IMG/VR virus record: IMGVR_UViG_3300007735_000799
Location: 32,001-96,000 of that record
Direction: 5' to 3' (one strand)
DNA length: 64,000 nt
DNA from: a virus
Below are positions 35,452 through 44,463 of this stretch, one piece after another (the first letter of the stretch is position 1; each line of letters begins with the position of its first letter). A model generated the notes under the pieces. That model was given only the letters and a program-made list of their open reading frames with translations. It was not told where the DNA came from and did not search any database. The translations under genes were made by a program, and so were the position numbers.

Positions 35452-36390
35452 TTAAACTGGCAAAACTTTAAATGCCTTTTTTGCTATATCAGGACTTGAG
35501 AAATATTTGCTGAAGTGTCGCATGAATATTTCTTCATCCTCTTTCTTCCAATCCCAAACGGTTGTGCGGTTATTTCCTTCAGCCCATTCCGGATCTTCTC
35601 CGTATCCTCCTGGTATATTCTGCATCATGGCAACAAATGCTCGCACAGGAATATAAACTTTACAACGAAGCGGAGAATTGCTTAAACGAATCACTTCTTC
35701 TTCATCACTAATACTTCCCATTACAGCATTCAAAAACGCGCTGCTTGAGTAACGGTTAAACAGAGTTTCTTGTTTGGTTAGATGTGCTTCCATGATTGCC
35801 ATAACTCTAGACTTATTGGTTCGGTCTCGCACAAACCTTGAGGATGTTTTAGCAAATGTTTCTGCAATGCTAAATGTATATGTCCACGATTGTCCTTCAT
35901 ATCTAGACTTGTAAGTTATATCTGTTATTAGATAATTGCCGCCGCCAACAAACGCAACATTATCAAACTTCACATTCTTGAAGTCATCTAATCCCAAGGT
36001 AGTTCCGCGATACGCTAAACCATCAAACCAACTCCACGAAGCACGGGACGGACAGGCAATCAAAGATTTCAATCCTCGCTTCATTGTGTTCATTTCACTT
36101 TGTGAAATATCTGCGTCTACTCCTAGTTTAAAATGCTCTCCAATATTTACTGCCGTCATCCAAATTTCTTTTGTTATGTCTGGCGCACCATCAGCAAACT
36201 TTTTGCGATACTCGTCGTATGCAGTTTTTATTTTATCTGTTTCAATCATATTGTAATCGTAACGAACAGTTTCAAATCTTTCATAACAGAAATACACCAA
36301 CTCTTTTAAAGCGTTGTGATGGGGCTGACGAATCCACCAGCAGATGCCTTCGTTTGTGCTTTCTTGAAGATAGTCTGAGAAGTCTTTCAT
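35452..36390 (-). CDS. ADP-ribosyltransferase-like protein 1
   Basis: MKDFSDYLQE start; YRG, QSWT, DEEEV. Confidence 0.7.
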   Translation of the reverse strand: MKDFSDYLQESTNEGICWWIRQPHHNALKELVYFCYERFETVRYDYNMIETDKIKTAYDEYRKKFADGAPDITKEIWMTAVNIGEHFKLGVDADISQSEMNTMKRGLKSLIACPSRASWSWFDGLAYRGTTLGLDDFKNVKFDNVAFVGGGNYLITDITYKSRYEGQSWTYTFSIAETFAKTSSRFVRDRTNKSRVMAIMEAHLTKQETLFNRYSSSAFLNAVMGSISDEEEVIRLSNSPLRCKVYIPVRAFVAMMQNIPGGYGEDPEWAEGNNRTTVWDWKKEDEEIFMRHFSKYFSSPDIAKKAFKVLPV

Positions 36391-37676
36391 ACGCGATACT
36401 GCCTCCTAGCAATCTTCTCAAACTCTTTCCATACAGGTTGTGTAGTCATCTTTTTTACTGCGTCTTCGCCTGCAATCTTGGCAAGACGCTGTTGGAAATT
36501 TTTCAGGTCATCTGTGGTGGCATTACCTAGTTCTGCGTGTGCCAATTCACCCCAAATGCTTGGTAGATTAACATACCCACGAACTGTTATTGGAGTGTTG
36601 CTTACACGAAGCACTTCTTGCTCATCAGGATGCACAGACACTTGACGAATCACATCAGGCATTAGGAAAGTTTCTTGGCGTTTAATAACATGCTCTATTA
36701 TTAGAGCAACTGTATCGTATGAATTTCCTGGCCCAATGTTTGTGAAATTGTCGGCTACTTCGAAACCGTAAGCCCAAGATTGTGCAGGATACTTAGACTT
36801 GTAGTTTCCTGCACACACCAAATATTTTCTGCCTTGTATTTCTACAACCTCACCTGTGAATCGGAAATTCTGTCTCAGATAACCAGTAGACTTTCGTAAT
36901 CCTCGCCAAACTTTTTTGTTGTCAAACGAGTAAGTCCAGTTTGCACGATTAGGACACTTTGACATTTTAACTATTAACGCATCAGAACCATACTTTTCTT
37001 CGCCTGATTTATCAAAGTAATCGCATACAGCACGAGTATACTGTAACAGTTCGCTGTCTAACGATGAATACTTATACTTGGAATTTTTTTTGTCAACTGC
37101 TTTAACCCAATTCACAAACTCTTTTTCATTTGGTTGAGACAGCAGTTCGCAAATAGTTGGTTCGGTTTCAGTTTCTGCGGCTTCGGTTAACTTCATGTAA
37201 GGCGTCAAGTCAAGCATAATTACTTTTGGCGTGATGCCGTTCATAAACGCAATGTCCATTCGGGTGTTGCCTGCCAACACTCGCATTTCGCCTTTAGGAA
37301 ACTTCACCACGATAGGCATGTCTACCGGCTTGCCTGCTTTTATAAGTTTCTCTAGTTCTTTAAGTGTGTCTTCGTTTCTAAACTTTGGAAACGAACGATA
37401 TCCTGAGATAAGGTTAAGCAACTGCTCCATGTTTTTAGTGCGACTACGATTATCAATATTGCGGTCAACCGCAGCAGATACCTCAACCACAGGAGCGGCT
37501 TTTACGGCTTTCACAAATGCCGCTTCGGTTGGAAAAATGTTTCTAGGCAGTTCGTGAATCAGATGTTTCAGATACTCAATCTGATACTCTTTGCGAATAC
37601 TAGCATCGCTTGGGCGAACCCAATTGCCTGCTTTCGCTTCAGATAATGTTTCACGCAATTGCCAATAGTCTTTCAT
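36387..37676 (-). CDS. ParB/Srx-like plus ADP-ribosyltransferase-like protein 2
   Basis: MKDYWQLRE start; PIVV..VLAGNTR; internal LTE-A; WRG, QSWA, DEQEV. Confidence 0.7.
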   Translation of the reverse strand: MKDYWQLRETLSEAKAGNWVRPSDASIRKEYQIEYLKHLIHELPRNIFPTEAAFVKAVKAAPVVEVSAAVDRNIDNRSRTKNMEQLLNLISGYRSFPKFRNEDTLKELEKLIKAGKPVDMPIVVKFPKGEMRVLAGNTRMDIAFMNGITPKVIMLDLTPYMKLTEAAETETEPTICELLSQPNEKEFVNWVKAVDKKNSKYKYSSLDSELLQYTRAVCDYFDKSGEEKYGSDALIVKMSKCPNRANWTYSFDNKKVWRGLRKSTGYLRQNFRFTGEVVEIQGRKYLVCAGNYKSKYPAQSWAYGFEVADNFTNIGPGNSYDTVALIIEHVIKRQETFLMPDVIRQVSVHPDEQEVLRVSNTPITVRGYVNLPSIWGELAHAELGNATTDDLKNFQQRLAKIAGEDAVKKMTTQPVWKEFEKIARRQYRV

Positions 37677-38782
37677 TTTTTCTTACCTAGAAGAGTCTTG
37701 TAGATATACTCTACCACTGAGTCCTCGTGACGAACTGCTCCTCGGAGAGATTCCTTGGTGATAATAAACTTTGCTTTAATCGGAGCGTTAGACACACGAA
37801 TCACTTCTCTTTCATACACTCCTAATCCTGCCGTTTCCCCTATTTTTTTTGAGGATTGTGCGTTAAGTATACATTCTTGCTTAGGAACTGCTGCGGAAAC
37901 CACAACAGGAATCCAACCAGATATCTTTGTAGAACCAACTGAAGGAAGATCTCCTCCTGAGATTCCTGAGATGTGTATATTGCCTTCAACCGAACCGCTA
38001 GCATTTGCATCGCCTATAGTTGAATTTCTTGCAAATGTTTTGGCTACACTAATGTTTGTTGTCCAAGATTGTGCTCCAAGTCTACTCTGATAAATTCCTT
38101 CAGCGTGTAGTTCAGAACCCACTTGTTTCCATTTCATTTGCTTGGCTTTATCCCAAGGAATAGTTTTTCCACGAGATAATGTGCCACTAAAATTTGGTAT
38201 TGTCCAATTGGCTCGTGTTGGACAATCTCGTATTGCTTTGAAAACTTCTAGAACTGAACTTTTTCCGCGACCCATTAAATTTGATCCAAACCAATCTTTA
38301 AACGCATCATTAAGTTTTAAGACTACAGCCTCAAATTTACTCCATCCGTTCAACTTCCAGTCTTGTAAGAAATACTTGGTGTTTTCGCCCCACTCCGCGT
38401 CTATAACCATAGCATCTTTCCACGGAAATCCTGAACGCACATAAGCCATTTCATCATAAGGCAAACTTATAATATCACACATGGTGACATTAGAGAAATC
38501 AGGAAATCCATCTTTATCCTTTTTTCCTTTGGTTATCTTTAAGAATAATTTATTGTCGTAGGAATCAAGTTTATAATCCTTGAGTTTAGGAGAATCATCA
38601 TCCTTGTCTTTATAACTAGAACTAGATTTCTTTGGTGTCTTGGAACTTGAACTAGATTGCTTTGTTGTTGTTGTCTTAAAATACTTAGGATTGGGTAAAC
38701 CTAAAGCAGTAAAATATCCATTTACACTGTCCTCTTTAACGACAGCCTTTAAATCTTTTCTTAGTTGCCAATAGTCTTTCAC
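37673..38782 (-). CDS. ADP-ribosyltransferase-like protein 3
   Basis: MKDYWQL start; SRG, QSWT, YEREV. Confidence 0.7.
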   Translation of the reverse strand: MKDYWQLRKDLKAVVKEDSVNGYFTALGLPNPKYFKTTTTKQSSSSSKTPKKSSSSYKDKDDDSPKLKDYKLDSYDNKLFLKITKGKKDKDGFPDFSNVTMCDIISLPYDEMAYVRSGFPWKDAMVIDAEWGENTKYFLQDWKLNGWSKFEAVVLKLNDAFKDWFGSNLMGRGKSSVLEVFKAIRDCPTRANWTIPNFSGTLSRGKTIPWDKAKQMKWKQVGSELHAEGIYQSRLGAQSWTTNISVAKTFARNSTIGDANASGSVEGNIHISGISGGDLPSVGSTKISGWIPVVVSAAVPKQECILNAQSSKKIGETAGLGVYEREVIRVSNAPIKAKFIITKESLRGAVRHEDSVVEYIYKTLLGKKK

Positions 38783-38784
38783 AT

Positions 38785-39729
38785 TTACTTTCTTTTACTA
38801 ATGATATTAAAGATGTGGTCGGTCTGTTCACCGTTAATGGTTACAGAATCCAACATTTGTCGTGTAACGAAGAACTTTGCTTTAATTGGTTCGGTGGAAA
38901 CGCGAAGCACTTCCTTCTCGTTTAATCCGCCCATGTCTATAGCAGTTTGAATCTTATCAAGCGTGTTTGGATTAAACAAACAATCTTTTGCAGGAATTAC
39001 TGCTTGAATAATTACAGGAAGAAATCCTGTTATATTTTTTCCGTATACTTCTTTGTCTGCTCTATCATCCCACCGTTCAGGAATTTCTAAATCTAAACCA
39101 CTCATAGCACCTTCGTGTCCTGATGCAAAACTTCTTGCTGTAATCAGGTCTGTTGTCCATGATTGCATAGCCAGTTTACTTTGATAGGTTGCGGTGCATT
39201 CTAGTTTACTGCCCCCGCTAGAAACCCGCCACGGCATTTGCTTGAATTGTTTCCAAGAAATTCTCTTGCCGCGATACAGAGTTCCACCTGCGAATCTTGC
39301 CCAATCACCTCGGGTTGAACACGATTTAATGTTACGGAAAACATGCACAACTTCCGACTTGCCACTACCCATGAGTTCGTCACCAAACGCTTGTCCAAAC
39401 ACTTCGCGTATCTTATCTAACATTCCATCAAAAGTATACCATCCACGAACCTTGTAACCCGACATAATAAAATCATCACTTTGACGAGAAAAAAATCCAG
39501 AACCAACATGACGAAGCAAATATCGGAAATCATCAGTATTCAACGAAACTATATCACAAAGGGTTACTCCGGTTAAATCAGGAACGCCATTTTCGTCTCG
39601 TTTGCCTTTGTTGATCTTCAGAAGTAGTTTTTCATCTGTTGGATTGAATCCTGGAATATCATAATCACTTTTCAGAGTTTTCTTCTGAGCAGCGGTTAAG
39701 TCTTCTAGTAGTTGCCAGTAGTTTTTCAT
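38785..39729 (-). CDS. ADP-ribosyltransferase-like protein 4
   Basis: MKNYWQLLE start; YRG, QSWT, NEKEV. Confidence 0.7.
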   Translation of the reverse strand: MKNYWQLLEDLTAAQKKTLKSDYDIPGFNPTDEKLLLKINKGKRDENGVPDLTGVTLCDIVSLNTDDFRYLLRHVGSGFFSRQSDDFIMSGYKVRGWYTFDGMLDKIREVFGQAFGDELMGSGKSEVVHVFRNIKSCSTRGDWARFAGGTLYRGKRISWKQFKQMPWRVSSGGSKLECTATYQSKLAMQSWTTDLITARSFASGHEGAMSGLDLEIPERWDDRADKEVYGKNITGFLPVIIQAVIPAKDCLFNPNTLDKIQTAIDMGGLNEKEVLRVSTEPIKAKFFVTRQMLDSVTINGEQTDHIFNIISKRK

Positions 39730-40502
39730 TTAAGTAAGAAACTTTCCGCTTCTGAACCTCTGTCAATATAATGATGCTTTTCTTTTCCTGATGGGGTTAT
39801 CTCAAGTATGGTAACACTAGTTTTATCTCCCATTACGGATAGAATCTCACGAACCGCTGCTTTAAACGCTGCCATGTTTGTGCCTTCTAGACTGCAACTT
39901 GCTGATTCAGCACCGTAAACTTTCAACCAGCCTTTATCAAACGCTCGCTTGGCTAGCGGTGGACAAAGGTCTATGATTTCCCGTTTAATCATTTCTTTAA
40001 TGCCCGAGGCTTCTATCTTTTCGCCTTTTTCAAGACCTATGGTTCTCTCGTAGTAATCACGCGACCTTGGATCTAAACCGCCGCTGTTTAATCTCTGTTT
40101 TTGAATATACTCATTCAATGCTTGATCCATTTCACTATCAGTAACACCAAACCTCTGAGGATTTTTCACCACCTGAGTGATGTGATACCCGTCTCCGAGA
40201 TGTGAAAAAGTGAACGGAGGTTTTACTGCGTGCCACCAGCCTGCACACTCTCGCTTCCACGGAAACGGTGGACGATTCAACCCAGACTTTTGTTGCTGTT
40301 GAATCTTTTTGAGTGCATTCGCATCACGACGCTGTGCTGCTGCAATAAGTGCTTGACCGCGTGGACTTCGTTCAAACTTTAAACGCAACTCACGCTCGCG
40401 GGGAGTTTCGTAGTGTCCTCCCTTTGGTTCAAATGCGTTAGGATTAGTGTAGATACCAAGTGCTTCAGTTAACTCGGATAATAATTGAGATAAGGTTTTC
40501 AT
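39726..40502 (-). CDS. candidate internal head protein
   Basis: Start reset to MKTLSQLLSELTE-A. Confidence 0.6.
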   Translation of the reverse strand: MKTLSQLLSELTEALGIYTNPNAFEPKGGHYETPRERELRLKFERSPRGQALIAAAQRRDANALKKIQQQQKSGLNRPPFPWKRECAGWWHAVKPPFTFSHLGDGYHITQVVKNPQRFGVTDSEMDQALNEYIQKQRLNSGGLDPRSRDYYERTIGLEKGEKIEASGIKEMIKREIIDLCPPLAKRAFDKGWLKVYGAESASCSLEGTNMAAFKAAVREILSVMGDKTSVTILEITPSGKEKHHYIDRGSEAESFLLK

Positions 40503-40506
40503 AGGT

Positions 40507-41010
40507 TTAGTCCCACAACATATCTTCGCCACGATCTAGTAGAATTCGGCGAGAGGCTTTGTCTAATACTTGCAATCCTGTGCCAGCGGCTTTCAGTTCC
40601 ACTTCTTTGCCAGACATGCTTAGGTAAGTTTCGCGTCCTAACTTCATGGCTTTCTTGACGAACATGGAACGAGGCTTGCCGTCACGCTCGCGTCCCATGA
40701 TTTCAATTTTAATGTTTACCGGCTTGATGCTCAAGGTTAAAATCATATCCTTGGCGTTATCAATAGCAGCCCGGGTCATTTGCCGAGTAGTGGACCACGC
40801 CTTTTTGTTTGGCTTGGGAATTACATTTCCCATTGCGTCAGTCTTTCTAGCCTTTAAAGGATTCTGAGATCCTACAAAGCGTTGCGGATCGTCTAGATTA
40901 ACTCCGTAACCAATGGTTCCTAAACTTGGGCCTTTGGGAAACTTTGGCTTCTCGGCAAGCAAGCCTAAAACCGCTTCCGCGTTTTCTAAAATCTCTCGGT
41001 AATCGCGCAT
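40507..41010 (-). CDS. candidate internal head protein
   Basis: MRDYREILE start, AGGAGG RBS. Confidence 0.6.
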   Translation of the reverse strand: MRDYREILENAEAVLGLLAEKPKFPKGPSLGTIGYGVNLDDPQRFVGSQNPLKARKTDAMGNVIPKPNKKAWSTTRQMTRAAIDNAKDMILTLSIKPVNIKIEIMGRERDGKPRSMFVKKAMKLGRETYLSMSGKEVELKAAGTGLQVLDKASRRILLDRGEDMLWD

Positions 41011-41033
41011 ACGCCGTATCCTCCTGAATTCAA

Positions 41034-41753
41034 TTATTTAGGCTTTGTAGTAAACGGGGACGCTTCACCCCACCAAGCCAAGGTGCAGTTCGCCATTTCA
41101 GGTCGGGGAGAAGGCATTGGATACAGTTTCGCTCCCATGCTACCGGCTAATCGCTTGGCTATGGTATTGTAGATTACCGCACGAACCGGTCGAGCGTTCG
41201 GCTTTGTGCCCCAAAAGATGCCTTCAGGGTTTTTTTTCTGTTTAAAATCTTTCACAATTTCAATAATGGTTCCAAACACTCGGGTGACATGAGCGGTATC
41301 CGTTCCGCCTAAATCATCGTCTGTGCCTTGGTCAAAGCCGGAGCCGTTTGTGTCTACATAAGTGCCGAAGCCTAGTTCCCACATAGACTCAAACACCGGC
41401 AAAGCGATTTTAGGTCTGATTTCCGCTGAGAAATTTGCTCTGGCTAAACCACGATTGATTCTTCGCATGCCTTCAAAGGCTGTAGTTCCCCGATGCTGAG
41501 TAAAGGTGACTACAACGCGCTGACGCAAGCCGGGATTCTCGGCTCGGTGCTGCGTCATTATGCGATCTGTGGTGGCTATGGATCGTGGCACACCTGGCGT
41601 GAAGTTTGGGCCAGGATCAGGCTGCCAATCTGTACTGCCTGCGGGTTTTATCACATCAAATCGGTAATCGTATGTTGCGCCACCTGAAGTGAAAAGCCGC
41701 CACGGATAAGATCGTTCAAAGATTTCTGTGATGTAAGATTCAAAGTATTTCAT
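41034..41753 (-). CDS. candidate internal head protein
   Basis: MKYFESYITE start; CTAAATA late promoter at 41761..41767. Confidence 0.65.
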   Translation of the reverse strand: MKYFESYITEIFERSYPWRLFTSGGATYDYRFDVIKPAGSTDWQPDPGPNFTPGVPRSIATTDRIMTQHRAENPGLRQRVVVTFTQHRGTTAFEGMRRINRGLARANFSAEIRPKIALPVFESMWELGFGTYVDTNGSGFDQGTDDDLGGTDTAHVTRVFGTIIEIVKDFKQKKNPEGIFWGTKPNARPVRAVIYNTIAKRLAGSMGAKLYPMPSPRPEMANCTLAWWGEASPFTTKPK

Positions 41754-41767
41754 TTGTAGGTATTTAG

Positions 41768-41797
41768 AAAAAACAAACCTCCTTGCGGAGGTGTGTT
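41768..41797 (-). terminator. intrinsic terminator
   Basis: ACACACCTCC-GCAA-GGAGGTTTGT-TTTTT. Confidence 0.75.
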
Positions 41798-41836
41798 TTC
41801 AAAAGTTAAATTTAATTCAGGTGAATTAATTCTCAG

Positions 41837-42301
41837 TTAACGAGTATCAGTAGGAATATCGTTTGTTGCATTCTCTAAACATATTTTTAAATGTGCTTCA
41901 ATCTCTAAAAGTAGACGGTTATGGGCGGAGTTGATACTCTGTACTGCTTCTTCATATTTTTTCCAAGCATCTTCTATGTCTTTATTATATTTTTCGTCAC
42001 ATTTCTCTATAGTCCAATTAGGATAATCAGTTATAGCCCAGATTGACTTACATTCAATATAGGTTGCATATGCTTTTATCAATCTCTGCTTAAGGAAATA
42101 CGCCGCGTTTTTCAAAATTTCCTGACGACCGATTTCCAACTGATTTATGTCTCTGTTGGCCTTTTCAAAACATAGTTCAATACTCATTTTACGCTGCCAC
42201 CACGGAACACGATCTATATCAGAGAGAACTATAGGCGCGTCGTAATCGACTCGTTGATTTAAGTACGGATAATTGGTATTTGTGTTTGGTTTTATAGCCA
42301 T
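41837..42301 (-). CDS. 154-aa four-Cys helical hairpin protein
   Basis: Start reset to MAIKPNTNTNYPYLN to match neighbour. Confidence 0.65.
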   Translation of the reverse strand: MAIKPNTNTNYPYLNQRVDYDAPIVLSDIDRVPWWQRKMSIELCFEKANRDINQLEIGRQEILKNAAYFLKQRLIKAYATYIECKSIWAITDYPNWTIEKCDEKYNKDIEDAWKKYEEAVQSINSAHNRLLLEIEAHLKICLENATNDIPTDTR

Positions 42302-42333
42302 TTGGTGTAATTTCCCGTACCGATATTCATCAG

Positions 42334-42798
42334 TTAAGCAGTAGGCCCTTGTGTTCCTTGTGCCTTCTTTAAACAAGAGTATAAAATTTTGTAATTCGAC
42401 AGTTCCTCTAGAGCCGTCTGTTTTCCAATCGACTCTATTCCTCTTTCATATTGTTCTGCCGCCTCATTTATTAGTTTATCTTTTTGTTTCTTACATTCGG
42501 CTATAGACGGTCGGTTAGGATTCGATAAAGGAAGTTGCCTGATTGTAATACACTCAAAATAGATTTTATATGCTTTTGAGATATCCTCCTTGTACAATGC
42601 TTTGTAGTATTTGATGCGGCGGTAATAGTTTGTTTGTGTCTCTAATTGTAAATTATAGAATGTATCAAAACACTTCTCTATCTCTTCTTTAAAGCGCGTA
42701 TCAGTATCCTGATCCTGAGAACCAACATCTTCCAAGGCATCTTGATCTGATTCATTTAAGTACGGATAATTGGTATTTCTTTCTGGTTTTATACCCAT
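42334..42798 (-). CDS. 154-aa four-Cys helical hairpin protein
   Basis: MGIKPERNTNYPYLN; AATAAATA late promoter at 42828..42835. Confidence 0.65.
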   Translation of the reverse strand: MGIKPERNTNYPYLNESDQDALEDVGSQDQDTDTRFKEEIEKCFDTFYNLQLETQTNYYRRIKYYKALYKEDISKAYKIYFECITIRQLPLSNPNRPSIAECKKQKDKLINEAAEQYERGIESIGKQTALEELSNYKILYSCLKKAQGTQGPTA

Positions 42799-43037
42799 TT
42801 GGTGGAATTTCCCTTCCCGTAAACAGATATTTATTCAAAAGTTAAATTCAACCTGGTTTTAGGGTTTGGGCCACCGCGTGTTTAGGGCGATTTTCAGGAA
42901 ACCGAATGGTTATAGGTTTTAGGGGGTGGGGGCCGACTTTCTACGCGGACGCGATATAATTTTTCCCACTCGGGGTTTACTTGTATGGGAACCCATGCGT
43001 TTCTAAACTAAAGTGGGGGCCCCTTTTTTCTGGCGGA

Positions 43038-43070
43038 AATAAAAAAACCTCGCCATTGCTGACGAGGTTC
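43038..43070 (-). terminator. intrinsic terminator
   Basis: AACCTCGTCA-GCAA-TGGCGAGGTT-TTTTT. Confidence 0.75.
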
Positions 43071-43090
43071 TCTGTAAATCTATTCAGTTT

Positions 43091-43552
43091 TCAGAAGGGA
43101 GGCAGCGTATCGGTACGATCATCAGGATCCTCGGGAATATCCTGGTCATCAATATCATCCGTCATGCCTTCAATCTGCTTGTTCATATCTTGAATCATCT
43201 GTTCAATCTTATCAATCAGATCGTCCTTCATGTTGGTTGTACCGTCCCAAGGAAAGAAAAATACTTCGTTTACTCCCTTGCTAGGCTTTGGCTTGGCTTC
43301 CTTGATGATGTTTCCACCCTTGAAAATCTTGCCAGTACTTTCCGAGTAGATGGTTTCAATCTCTTCAGGAGTCTTAGCCTTGATGATGCGAGCCGTGGCT
43401 TCCATCATGCAGGTATCGGTATTAGTCATAGCCACACCTGCTCGCTGAAGCACTACACTCAGATGATCGTGACTCAAGCAAACCTGATAAAGTTTACTTG
43501 CAAGCAGTTTGTTTTGCATTTCCAAACGACGCACACGCTTTTCAGTATCCAT
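43091..43552 (-). CDS. hypothetical protein, acidic tail
   Basis: AAGGAA RBS, coiled-coil-like ends. Confidence 0.6.
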   Translation of the reverse strand: MDTEKRVRRLEMQNKLLASKLYQVCLSHDHLSVVLQRAGVAMTNTDTCMMEATARIIKAKTPEEIETIYSESTGKIFKGGNIIKEAKPKPSKGVNEVFFFPWDGTTNMKDDLIDKIEQMIQDMNKQIEGMTDDIDDQDIPEDPDDRTDTLPPF

Positions 43553-43554
43553 TT

Positions 43555-43962
43555 TTAATTCCTTTCGTGAATCCAGCGAAGGGCTTCAGCAAACGCTGCT
43601 GATTCCTGTTCAAGTGTCCAATCCAAGTCTCGTGTCCACCATTTAACCAGCCAGTATTTATGAGTTTCTCCCAGATGGCGGGTAATAGTGGTGTTATATC
43701 GGGCTGAGGGGAATTTTGAATTCGGGTCAGCAGGTGTACATTGAACCATTACCTTCTCTCCCCGACCCCACGGTGAAATCACCAAGGCTCCTTCGGTATG
43801 AGCCAGTAATTCAAGTTCAGGATCTGTGGACTCTACCTCTACACACCACAAGGCAGGAGTTAACTCGTGGCACTCGGCTCGGGTGACGGGAACTGACGCA
43901 CGGGTGATGTTAAGGTTTACTTGCACTAGACGCCTTTTGTTGGAAATGTTGATGCAGACCAC
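43555..43962 (-). CDS. hypothetical protein
   Basis: ORF in early block; start uncertain. Confidence 0.5.
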   Translation of the reverse strand: MVCINISNKRRLVQVNLNITRASVPVTRAECHELTPALWCVEVESTDPELELLAHTEGALVISPWGRGEKVMVQCTPADPNSKFPSARYNTTITRHLGETHKYWLVKWWTRDLDWTLEQESAAFAEALRWIHERN

Positions 43963-44215
43963 TTAACTCATCAGGACGCAAGATTCTGCAACACCAATAC
44001 GGTGAGTTGTAAGAATCCATAGCAGCGTTCCATGCACGACGCAATTTCTCTCGCGTGGGATACGGAATGGTTCGCTCCACGGCAGTCAAGGAATTTGTTT
44101 TAAAAATTGACATAACAAACCGTTGCTGTCTAGGACGGGTTTGAATTCGGAACTGACGCACAAACTGATCGCCGGTGGGATTGTGAACCGCAATCATGTA
44201 GTAGTATTCAATCAT
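43910..44215 (-). CDS. small early protein, R-x-x-W helix family
   Basis: TREKLRRAWNAAM. Confidence 0.5.
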   Translation of the reverse strand: MIEYYYMIAVHNPTGDQFVRQFRIQTRPRQQRFVMSIFKTNSLTAVERTIPYPTREKLRRAWNAAMDSYNSPYWCCRILRPDELSGLHQHFQQKASSASKP

Positions 44216-44463
44216 GTGGTATACACAACATCGTTAAATTTCCTGTCAATAATTGCGCCTTGCGACACAATTAAATCCCAAAGTTTCCGAGCGGGTTCTC
44301 GTGTGTGAATAGCACACTGACGAGTTTTAATTAGATTACCCACCTCCCATGAAATCACGGTAATCTCGTTCGGATCAGCCTCGGATTGTTCAAATCGCCA
44401 GTTGTACAGCACACCTTGCGACCGATGCTCTAACGCCCAAATGTTTCGCTTGAAAAGCCTCAC
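44212..44463 (-). CDS. small early protein, R-x-x-W helix family
   Basis: TREPARKLWDLIVSQG. Confidence 0.55.
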   Translation of the reverse strand: MRLFKRNIWALEHRSQGVLYNWRFEQSEADPNEITVISWEVGNLIKTRQCAIHTREPARKLWDLIVSQGAIIDRKFNDVVYTT

